From Eledone cirrhosa (taxonomy: Eukaryota): DNA of 64,000 nucleotides. The position numbers were made by a program, and so were the translations under genes. The number at the start of each line of letters is the position of its first letter. Position 1 is the first letter of the stretch. Under the pieces are notes generated by a model, which was given only the letters and a program-made list of their open reading frames with translations, did no database searches and was not told the DNA's origin. This document shows, piece by piece, positions 41,161 to 55,060 of the stretch. Location of the stretch: the NCBI GenBank assembly GCA_964016885.1, contig OZ024740.1, forward strand, positions 378,758,001 to 378,822,000, in the 5' to 3' direction.

Positions 41161-41844
41161 TTGGCTATGTAACAGATACTGTTAGATAAAAATGTGTTCA
41201 TACATAAAACATTATTAAAAAAAAACAAAACATTTTTTATAGTTGCATTGTGGCAGTTCAGAGAAAAAACCATCCTACAACACCTGACCAGCATTTACCC
41301 AGTAACACAACTGTTACCAGAGCTCGATCTGAACTACGAAGCCCCCCAACCCCTTCCGTCTATCAAAGTGAAATTGATTCTTTTCGTCCCTGCTATTCCT
41401 CTCAATGTCATTATAGTCCACATACAGTGAAAGACAGCTTAACTAATCGGTGTAATGATACTATCCAGTTTCTAGCCCAAAGACGTGCTGTCCTCTTCTT
41501 TACCTCTTTTACCGTTACTACTATAGTTTATGCTTCTCGGCGTTTACTGGTGTAATGCTACTTCCTCGCAAGCATTTCTGACTATTTCATCTCTCCTTAT
41601 CTCATCACCCATGCTACTTAGAAATCCCTGGGTCTCGCACTAATCCCCAGCGCCAGTCCTCCCAACTCATAATACCGGCATTCTACAACTCGTTATCTGC
41701 TCATGTTTTTCTAAAATGAGTGGATTTGCGAGAGTTTCAGTGGAACGCCAATGGTATCAATATCTCTAGTGCTCCTCTGTGTGGTCATGCTACAACGATA
41801 CCATAAGTCTTCTAGGTTTTGGGATGGGGTCACCATTTCGCCAC

Positions 41845-42318
41845 GGGCGAAATCTGATTGCTACCGGTGTTAAGGAACTTGAAAAGAAAATGAGGGCCTA
41901 TGTTGAAGTGAAGCAAGCAGCTAAATATATAGGGTGTATTAGTCTGCTCCAAGAACGGAGTTCGAAAGAGACTCTTAATTGCGAGGGATGTGGACGTGTA
42001 CGTATGTTAGGACTACTGAGCCATAGTAGGACTACTGGCAGGACTACTGAGCCATAGTAGACATCATACTCATGGAAATAGCACATTTGATTACCCCATA
42101 CACCTTGATTATACATGTGGTATCTGTACCAAAGTATGTCACTCTGTAGGTGGGCTAACACGGTACCACAATCAAGCTCAAGTAGACAGTAAACTCACCT
42201 GCACACCGTGTGGTATGATATGCAAGTTACTTCCTGGTTAAATGAGGCATCAACAACAATAACATCAATAACACGTTTTGCCATAATCTATTATTTTCGT
42301 GCATGAGTTGGCATCCAC
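41845..42318 (+). mobile_element. Decayed 3' end of a triple-zinc-finger RTE, ending in (TATG)n
   Basis: RNLIATGVKELE followed by CEGCGRV..GLLSHSR, CGICTKVCHSVGGLTRYH and CTPCGMICK..G*MRH; 3' end gagttggcatccact|atgtatg resembles the ends at 46436 and 46868. Confidence 0.75.
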
Positions 42319-42393
42319 TATGTATGTATGTATGTATGTATGTATGTATGTATGTATGTATGTATGTATGTATGTATGTATGTATGTATGTAT

Positions 42394-43488
42394 GTTATCT
42401 CTTTCTCTTAATTTCGAGTATATTTTTTTGACCGGCCACCTTCCTGGTGGCAAGGTTGTAAAAGAAAAGAAATTGTCATCCCTTGAATCGCAAGAATATT
42501 TTGCAAATTTTGAAGGTGCCAGCTATCGCAGCCATTTGTAGACTATGAATTAGGGAGCTGCGCTCTTTGTCCGCAAATCCAAGTTCAGTCATACTTTGGT
42601 CCAAGCGGGTTGGTATATAACCCGTAGCTCCAATAATGATGGGTATGAAGCTAAAGGTGTATCTTGGATACTGGATTTGTAAACTCCTCATCAATGGTCC
42701 GTAGATGTCCTCCTTCTCCTGTATTTTTCTGACAACGTTTACATCAAGTGGGCAGCTGATCTCCACAACAGAACACGTTTTCAATGTGTGGTCCCAAACA
42801 ACAATATCAGGCCGGTTGTGCTTTAATTTGGTGGTAGCTTTTATTTTCAGGTTCCACCAGTATTCCTTAGTGCCATCTGTCTCAATATATTCTTCCTCGT
42901 TTGTTGTTAATTTTGTTTTCCGAAGTGCGTTCCAGATGGTTCTAGCTATCCCATCGTGTCTCATGGGGAGGTAGTAGCGAGATGACATTCTTTCGCAGCT
43001 GGCAACAATGTGGCTTACATCCTCGATCTTTGTTTTACATAGCCTACATTTATTGTCAGCTGAAGGCCCTCCCCTTTTGTGCAGCAGATATTTGGTAGGG
43101 AGTTCTTGTTCCTGTATTGCATAGAGATATTCCTCAAGGTGTGATGTCATAAACCTGTCGGAACTCCATGCCAGGCTTTTTGAGTGGTTTATCCCCTCTA
43201 TGGTCTGTGTTTTACGTCTCAAGTATCCATGCACAACTTTTTCTGTAAATTGGTCAATTTTCTTATCTTGTTTGAACATTGAATAGGATCTTCCGATTTC
43301 TCTGGGTGAGAGATTTATATCAGGCTTTATTCCATATCTCTCCTCCAGATCAGTCGCTATTCTAATGATATATTTTTTTCATGCTGATAAACCTGGGCAA
43401 GATGGTTGCCAACCTTTTTCCTCTGTTGCAGGTGTTGCTTCAGTGTTACTATCCGGGTCTCATATAATGTTAATATGGATTTTAGACC
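42394..43488 (-). mobile_element. 5'-truncated R4/Dong-like RLE non-LTR retrotransposon embedded in (CATA)n
   Basis: ORF 43279-42476 has AIQEQ.L.T, the CCHC finger CRLCKTKIEDVSHIVASC, RHD, and the nuclease HNRPDIVVWD...VVEISCP...KEDIY; tetranucleotide tracts abut both ends (42319-42393 and 43489-43562); no poly(A). Confidence 0.88.
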
Positions 43489-43562
43489 CATGTATGTATG
43501 TATGTATGTATGTATGTATGTATGTATGTATGTATGTATGTATGTATGTATGTATGTATGTA

Positions 43563-45987
43563 TTGATGAGAAAGATGTGCATATAGATGACTTGTTGGCT
43601 GATAAGAGGCGCGCTCTGTCACGCTACTTGACGGCAAGACCACAGGAGAGGAATACGTTGCATGAGGAGCTCAGGGATGTAAAATCACGTGTTAGGCGGA
43701 GTCTTTCTCAGATGAAGGATCAGTGGTGGAGTGAGAAGGCTGGTGAGATACAAACTGCGTCTGATTGCAATAACACAAAGCTGTTGTACAGTCTCTTGCG
43801 TGAGGTTTATGGACCGTCTTCTTCTCTGGTGACACCGATTCGCAGCAGGGATGGCAAAGAACTTCTTCGTGACTCACAGGGAATTCTACGAAGGTGGCGA
43901 GAGCACTTTGATGATCTTTTGAATCAGCCGTCTGTCGTCAGTGAAGATTTCCTCAATCTCATTCCGGAAAGTCCTGTGAAAGTAGCTCTCGCAGAGCCTC
44001 CGACACTTGTGGAGGTTGCAGTGGCTATTTCGAAGCTGAACAGTGGAAGATCTCCAGGTATGGATGGCATACATGCTGAGCTCCTACAATATGGTGGTGA
44101 GAGACTCCTGCAACATCTTCACTCTCTGTTTGGAAGGATATGGGTTAATGAATCCGTGCCTGAGGACTGGAGAGATGCAGTAATGGTGGTCTTGTACAAG
44201 GGAAAGGGTAACAGGAATGATTGTGGGAACTACAGAGGTATATCATTGCTTTCTGTCGTGGGGAAAGTTTTATGTAGGGTGCTTCTGGACCGTCTGCTGA
44301 CACACATTGCAGATTGTGTCCTTCCTGAAAGTCAATCTGGTTTTCGTGTTGGACGCGGCACTACTGATATGATCTTCTCAGCTAGACAGCTCCAGGAGAA
44401 GTGCATTGAACAGGGCTTGGATCTGTATCAGGTTTTTGTCGATCTGACAAAGGCTTTCGATACTGTCAACAGAGATGCATTATGGAAGGTTCTCCAGAAA
44501 CTTGGTTGCCCTGATAAGTTCCTTGCTTTAGTTAGGTCTTTCCATGACGACATGAAGGCTTGGGTTAATGTCGGAGGTAACATGTCGGAGCCTATCTCAG
44601 TAAAAAATGGAGTGAAACAGGGGGATATTCCAGCACCGACCCTGTTTGCCATATACTTTGCAATGGTTTTCTGTATTGCATTCAGGAATTGCGAGCATGG
44701 TGTTTACATCCGATATCGAACCTCAGGCAGCATATTTAACATCAGGCGCTTTGCTGCGAAGACAAAAGTATTTACATCGGTCATAAGAGACCTCTTGTAT
44801 GCAGATGATTGCGATCTTGTAGCGCACACAGAGAGTGATATGCAGCACATTTTGAATGTATTTTCTGACGCTTGCACTGCCCTGGGTTTGACTGTCAGTC
44901 TCAAGAAAACCGTCGTCATGTACCAACCTGCACCTGGTAGGCAGTACACTGAACCAAACATCTATGTGTATGGCAAACGACTTGGAGTGGTTGATCAGTT
45001 TGTCTACCTGGGAAGCACTGTCAATCGATACGGCAACCTTGACAGTGAAATCTCACTTAGGATTAGGAAAGCAAGTGATGCTTTCGGAAAGCTAGAAAGG
45101 CGACTCTGGGGTCGGCGAGACATATGCAGGAGGACAAAGGTAAAGGTGTACAGGGCATGTGTACTCTCTTGTCTTCTTTATGCCTGCGAGACCTGGGTCA
45201 CATATCGACGCCACCTTAAGCAATTGGAGCGTTTCCATCAGATGTGTCTCAGACGGATACATGGCGTTCACTGGAGGGACCACATCAGTGATGTCGAGAT
45301 TTTGGAAAGCTCTATGTGTGACAGTATAGAAGCTCTTGTGCTTAAGCAGCGACTCCGTTGGAGTGGTCACCTTGCCAGGATGAAGGATTCTAGAATACCA
45401 AAACAACTCTTCTATGGAGAGTTGGTTAAAGGAAAACGACCGCCACATAAACCAAAAAAGAGGTATAAGGATTCCTTGAAGGCCTCTCTGAGAGACGCTA
45501 ACATCTCTGCTGATACATGGGAAAATGTTGCTGCTGATCGTAATAAATGGAGAAAGACTGTATATGAGGGAAAAGTTGCCTTTGAGGCATCTCGAATCGC
45601 ACACGAGAAAGTAAAGCGGGACGTGAGGAAGGGTATTGCTGTTGCACTTCCAGACGGCGAGGGTCCTCCTATGTTTCTGACATGCAGCGTCTGTGCGAGA
45701 CTCTGCCTAAGCAAAGCTGGACTCGAAAGTCATCTTCGCAGTCATAAAGTAAGACCAGTGGTTGACTACCAGGCTGCTGTTGGAGATGCTACTCATCATG
45801 CTTGCCAAACATGTGGTAGAGAATGTAAATCAGCAGGAGGACTCAAGCGACATGCAAAAGTACACGAACTCCAACCACAGCCGACTATTCCCAGTAAATG
45901 TTTTGGTTGCCGACTCTGTGCAAGACATTTTGGATCATTGGCTGGGCTAAAAAGCCACATTCGATCGCAGCACTGTTAGTTGCTATC

Positions 45988-46029
<42 letters not shown>

Positions 46030-46108
46030 GCTTATGTGCGTGCGTGTGTGTGTATATATATATGAATATGTATATTATTATTGTTGTTGTCGTTATTATT
46101 ATTATTGC

Positions 46109-46139
<31 letters not shown>

Positions 46140-46259
46140 GTTATTAATGTATGTGTGTATATATGTGTGAGTGTATGTGTATGTATGTGTGTGTGTATAT
46201 ATGTATGTATGTGTATGTATGTGTGTGTGTATATATATGTGTATATATATATATATGTA

Positions 46260-46292
<33 letters not shown>

Positions 46293-46316
46293 CTTTTTTT
46301 TTTTTTTTTTTTTTTT

Positions 46317-46373
<57 letters not shown>

Positions 46374-46436
46374 TTTTTTTTTTTTTTTTTTTTATTGTGC
46401 AATGGCCATACTCGATAACGAGGGGGCAGCCATCAT
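43563..46436 (+). mobile_element. Young 5'-truncated RTE LINE with an uninterrupted RT frame and three C-terminal C2H2 fingers
   Basis: Open frame to 45979 with YKGKG.RNDCGNYRGISLL, ESQSGFR, FVDLTKAFD, GVKQGD, LLYADD and RLRWSGH; fingers CSVC..HLRSH, CQTC..HAKVH and CRLC..HIRSQH; no endonuclease domain; (TATG)n on both sides. Confidence 0.95.
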
Positions 46437-46478
46437 GTATGTATGTATGTATGTATGTATGTATGCATGTATGTATGC

Positions 46479-46868
46479 CAAGGCAAAATTCTAGGAGAAG
46501 GAAAACTCTGATATAACACCTGCAACCCTGATGGTATCCAATGATGTTGACATGTTCTTCTTTTTGGTAAATATCATCTTGGTTAAGAGAGTGGGACTGG
46601 CTTTGTGCAGTGCCTTTGCTCACTATAATAGCTTCACGGCACAGACATTGCTTTATATCTGGAGATCTCTCTGCACTGCACTTGTCGTCACATGGTACCA
46701 TGGGCCCAGCACTATGTGTCAATAATTGTCACAGGTGTAGTGTTTGTACCAGAGTTTTCAAGTCGCTGGCTGGACTAAAAAGTCACACTCGTTCAGCGCA
46801 TCGGTAGGGGTTCTCCTACATGGATATAAAGTATTGGCCGTACTCGAAAACGAGTTGGCAGCCACCAT
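46479..46868 (+). mobile_element. Short non-autonomous RTE derivative, copy 1
   Basis: RTE 5'UTR-like ctaggagaaggaaaactctga joined to a terminal finger remnant CSVCTRVFKSLAGLKSHTRSAHR* and a CTCG-AAAA-CGAG stem-loop; TATG-type tail. Confidence 0.85.
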
Positions 46869-46888
46869 GTAGGTAGGTATGTATGTAT

Positions 46889-47329
46889 TACCAAAAAGAA
46901 GAACAAGTCAACATCATTGGATACCATCAGGGTTGCAGGTGTTATATTAGAGTTTTCCTTCTCCTAGAATTCTGCCTTGACAAAGGCTAAGGGGTCATCT
47001 CTCCCGGTGATTTTGGATGGCCATTGACTCTTAAGAGCTCCTTTGTTAAGAGAGTGGGACTGGCTTTGTGCAGTGCCTTTGCTCACTATAAAAGCTTCAC
47101 GGCACAGGCATTGCTTTATATCTGGAGATCTCTCTGCACTTGCCGTCACATGGTACCATGGGCCCAGCACTATGTGTCAATAATTGTCACAAGTGTAGTG
47201 TTTGTACCAGAGTTTTCAAGTCGCTGGCTGGACTAAAAAGTCACACTCGTTCAGCGCATCGGTAGGGGTTCTCCTACATGGATATAAAGTAGTGGCCGTA
47301 CTCGAAAACGAGTTGGCAGCCACCACCAT
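46889..47329 (+). mobile_element. Short non-autonomous RTE derivative, copy 2, with an inverted 5' segment (46889-47045)
   Basis: 46889-47045 is the reverse complement of the unit's 5' part; 47046 onward is forward; (TATG)n tail to 47344. Confidence 0.85.
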
Positions 47330-47344
47330 GTATGTATGTATGTA

Positions 47345-47749
47345 GAGATGACCCCTTAGCCTTTGTCAAGGCAGAATTCTAGGAGAAGGAAAACTCTGAT
47401 ATAACACCTGCAACCCTGATGGTATCCAATGATGTTGACTTATTCTTCTTTTTGGTAAATATCATCTTGGTTAAGAGAGTGGGACTGGCTTTGTGCAATG
47501 CCTTTGCTCACTATAAAAGCTTCACGGCACAGGCATTACTTTATGTCTGGAGATCTCTCTGCACCTCGTTACATGGTGCCATGGGCCCAGCACTATGTGT
47601 CAATAATTGTCACAAGTGTAGTGTTTGTACCAGAGTTTTCATGTCGCAGGCTGGACTAAAAAGTCACACTCGTTCAGCGCATCGGTAGGGTTTCTCCTAC
47701 ATGGATATAAAGTAGTGGCCGTACTCGAAAACGAGTTGGCAGCCACCAT
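47345..47749 (+). mobile_element. Short non-autonomous RTE derivative, copy 3
   Basis: Same unit with a different 5' start (gagatgacccc); (TATG)n tail to 47827. Confidence 0.85.
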
Positions 47750-47826
47750 GTATGTATGTATGTATGTATGTATGTATGTATGTATGTATGTATGTATGTA
47801 TGTATGTATGTATGTATGTATGTATG

Positions 47827-48274
47827 TTTCTTGGTGAGGAGGTTTCTTGGTGAGGTTTCTTGGTGAGGAGGGTGACTTTGGACATCCTGCAGGACTAAAA
47901 ACAAAACCTGTCAAAGGGCAAAGGAGCTCTTAAGAGTCAATGGCCATCCAAAATCACCGGGAGAGATGACCCCTTAGCCTTTGTCAAGGCAGAATTCTAG
48001 GAGAAGGAAAACTCTGATATAACACCTGCAACTCTGATGGTATCCAATGATGTTGACTTGTTCTTCTTTTTGGTAAATATCATCTTGGTTAAGAGAGTGG
48101 GACTGGCTTTGTGCAGTGCCTTTACTCACTATAAAAGCTTCACGGCACAGGCATTGCTTTATATCTGGAGATCTCTCTGCACTTGTCGTCACATGGTACC
48201 ATGGGCCCAGCACTATGTGTCAATAATTGTCACAAGTGTAGTGTTTGTACCAGACTTTTCAAGTAGTTGGCTGG
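47827..48274 (+). mobile_element. Short non-autonomous RTE derivative, copy 4 (longest 5' part, 3' end missing)
   Basis: Begins with three reiterations of gtttcttggtgag; homology with the other copies stops within the finger remnant. Confidence 0.8.
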
Positions 48275-48355
48275 TATCGGAGGTAACCACAGATTCCTGA
48301 TGATTTCTCAAGAATGAAACAGTTCTAGTCCTGTAGAATCTCATCTATATTAAAA

Positions 48356-48386
<31 letters not shown>

Positions 48387-48389
48387 CAT

Positions 48390-48439
<50 letters not shown>

Positions 48440-49149
48440 GTCTGTATATGTATAGATACCATCGAGCTTATATAATACATTCCGTTTCCAGTCTTGATTT
48501 TTTCATACTTCAGATCTTTTAAATAAGAGACCAATTGCCTACGGTCACTCAGTTTAGAGTAGAAAGGTATTTTGGTTGGTCATAGTAAAAATATTTCATT
48601 TGATGTGTGTAATCTTTCATTTGAACAAAGCAACAATCTCTTTGATTTCATAATTGGGCAAGAAAAGCATCTGAGATTACCATTATAACATTTTGTCTCC
48701 TTTCCCCAGCTCTCAGACCAAATATCATGAGTTCAATTTTGACTTTTTTCCATCCAGGTAATATTAATAAATTTACAAAAGGTAAAGACCCCTTCGGTCA
48801 CGAGTACATGCCTGGGCAAGGTTGTTTGTGGAAGACCTGCAGTCGCCTATGCACACCAGTCTCCCCTCTCCACGCCACCAATGTTGTCCAAAGGAAAGGC
48901 AATGTCCGACACAACTTGGCAACAGTGACGTCGCAACTCATTTCTACAGCTGAGTAAACTGGAGCAACGTGAAATAAAGTCTCTTACTCAAGGACACAAC
49001 GCATTACCCTGTCCGAGAATCAAACTCACAACCTCACAATTGCAAGCGCAACGCTCAAACCACTAAGCCATACCAGTAATATAAAGTGATAAACTATATT
49101 CCATTGTCTCTTATTCAATTGGCCAACTGTCCTTCTACTGAAAACATTA

Positions 49150-50100
49150 TAATATGAAAAAACTGATCATTGTAGTTTTCATCTGCTTTTAATTATTCTT
49201 CAATATGTTAAAGGTAGCTTTGTTTTTATTCCTTGTAGAGTGTGTCGACAGCTATATTTTGGTTGGCAAAAAGGAACACGTATATTTAAAATCTTTGATC
49301 TACGGAGACATTAATAAATTAACCCAATTTTACTCAAGACGCATCTCAATTGTTGTCAAGTGTCCTTGGGTATTGTACAAATACTAGCTGGTTATGTAAG
49401 TCTGTTGTTCGGTACATCCCTACCTTTCCTTCTTTCCACCTGCTTGCTCATCAATCACTATAGTTTTGGACTAGCTATTGTCTTGTAAGAATTAGTTGAA
49501 ACAGTTTTTGAAAAGTTTGTACATAGTGTTTAAGCAAACAGAGGGTCTACAGTTTGCTGCCAAATCAGCTCTTTCATTCTTAGCTATAAGAATTGTTTGT
49601 ATAATTGCAAGATTTGTGCGTATTGTGTCAATCTAGTCTTCCACAGTTGCATTAAATATTGTTAATATTGACTTTCTATAGAACGCCGACAACTTGTACC
49701 AGCTATTGGGACTTACCGCAATGCTTTCCCATTATGTAGCTTTCTCACACCTTTTGTGATAGCTTCAACGTTGGTTATGTTTGTTTTACAGATGATACTA
49801 GAAAAGTAGTCTTTCTTGATCGTATTTAACCATAATATGGATTCTGGTTAAAATCTTTCCTCTTGTTCTAGATATCGATAAACAGATTTTAACATCTTAC
49901 TGGGAAGTAGCTTTTTAAACGTAGATAGTAATTTTCCTCTTCATCCTTCGGTATACAGTTTCTGAATTATAAGCAAACATGTAGTTAATTCTGGATCGAT
50001 ATAGAATTTTTCGATAACAATTTTTTTCCCTTTTGTGTCTTGAGTTCGTGTTTGAAAGATACTTATCAATTAAACATTTGACGTATAGAATCTTCGTTAA
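49150..50100 (-). mobile_element. Old decayed R4/Dong-like reverse transcriptase relic (approximate limits)
   Basis: The minus strand reads WLNTIKKDY, VRKLHNGKA, ANCRPSVCLNTMYKLF and DEQAGGKK..*GCTEQ with multiple stops. Confidence 0.7.
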
Positions 50101-51695
50101 TTTAAAAAATAAGATTTAGTTAATGTGCTGTGAAATTACTATTCATATTACATCATGTATGCAAAGTGTGGTGTGGTGTGCCGTGGTAGTGGTGGGTGTG
50201 TATGTGCATATGTGTGTTTGTGGGAGGGTGTTACAAAGTGATATGAGTAAAGATGTAACATTTGGAAGAAATGTCCTCATATTACTGAACATCGGTGAGT
50301 TGGCATGTAAATCAATGTGTGTCAGAGTGTTTTATATACAGAAAGGATAAAGATAAAAATGTTGGCATATTTGCAGAATAACTTGTTATCAAGGAGAAGA
50401 GGTTGACTGAAAAAAAAAGGAATGGGAGGTGAAGAGATATCCCTTCTTACCAACAAGGAGCTCTTATTCTGCACACGTTAATCTTGCCATAAATGTGTTT
50501 TCGATCAATCTGATATATATTTTTATTGGACTGCCGATTCTACACGCATTTCTATGTTGTGTCTCTGTATTTTAACATCCCCATCATTACTCTAAACAAC
50601 GACCTCACCACCACCACTTCCCTCATCATCTACTAGAAATACAGTCAAACTGTCTCTCAAATTACGCTATATTGTTCTTTTCAAAGGAAAGAAACACAGA
50701 ATAATGCAGTCGGGGATTCGTACCCCCCCCCCCCCCCCCCGCAAAAAAAAACCTACGCTGATGATTGGAATACTTTTAACCATATGATCAGATTTGATCT
50801 GGAATTAAATAACAAAAACAACACCATATCTCATATAGTTATGACATCAACTACTGGCATCACATCCAGCACCATCATCGACACTAATATTTCTTCCACT
50901 CTTTCAACGCTACTTCTCTCCTCCTGGGGCCAAACCACGTTTCTCTAAACATTTGGCTATAATTTGACTATACTCTGTGTGCTGACTGTACAATCTTATT
51001 TTATATAGCAAACTTGATAAATAAATACTTTATATTTATCTATTTTCTTTCTCAATCTGACACTAATTAAAGATATAAAAATACCGGAGAAAATAGTTAA
51101 TACTGGATTATAATGAGATTTCATCTTTCTCTCTATAATCGTTGTATGTTGGCATTTTAGGAGTGTTTTTGGCTGGTTTCCTTGGTTACGTTTATTCACC
51201 ATATGATTCTTATGACTAAGAATATGTTTTCACCTTGAGACAGATTCAGAAAATTGCTAACCAACAGCGAGTACCAATGTTCGTCGTATCCGTCAACTTT
51301 GACAAAGAGTTTTAAATCATCCATATAGAAGACATAGTTTAGGATTTAATCAGTCTATAGCTTTTATAATTGACAGTTTTAGTCAACATTAATTAGTTCC
51401 AGTGTTATTACCGTGAGTAAAAATATGATGTTCCATAAAATGAACTTCAGCAATTCACAACAATTATGGTAACTGAGGGTCGCTGTTGGTGTTAGCATCA
51501 GTGATTCTGTGTTTACCAAGGAGACCTTTTGAAATGTTAACTGCTCCATAATTATGCAAAAGAAGACTAAGAGAGGATAAAGGGTCACCTTAAACGTTTT
51601 CTTTTGTTATAAAGATGGTTTTGATTATCTCTTTGTCTTGTAATATATGGTTATTTCTCACTTTGACATGCGAGTATGCACTATGCTATCAAAGT

Positions 51696-51726
<31 letters not shown>

Positions 51727-51739
51727 GTCTCCAATAATA

Positions 51740-55060
<3,321 letters not shown>

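Noticed and set aside
39538-41189. Long ORFs of 457-538 aa
   Set aside because: Translations of a stop-free microsatellite, open in all three + frames.
43406-43562. N-terminus of the 857-aa ORF
   Set aside because: It derives from the antisense RLE element and the (TATG)n tract; RTE homology starts at about 43563.
46479-48274. CRISPR-like or simple tandem array
   Set aside because: The context is eukaryotic, and the units are near-identical retroelements with variable 5' ends rather than unique spacers.
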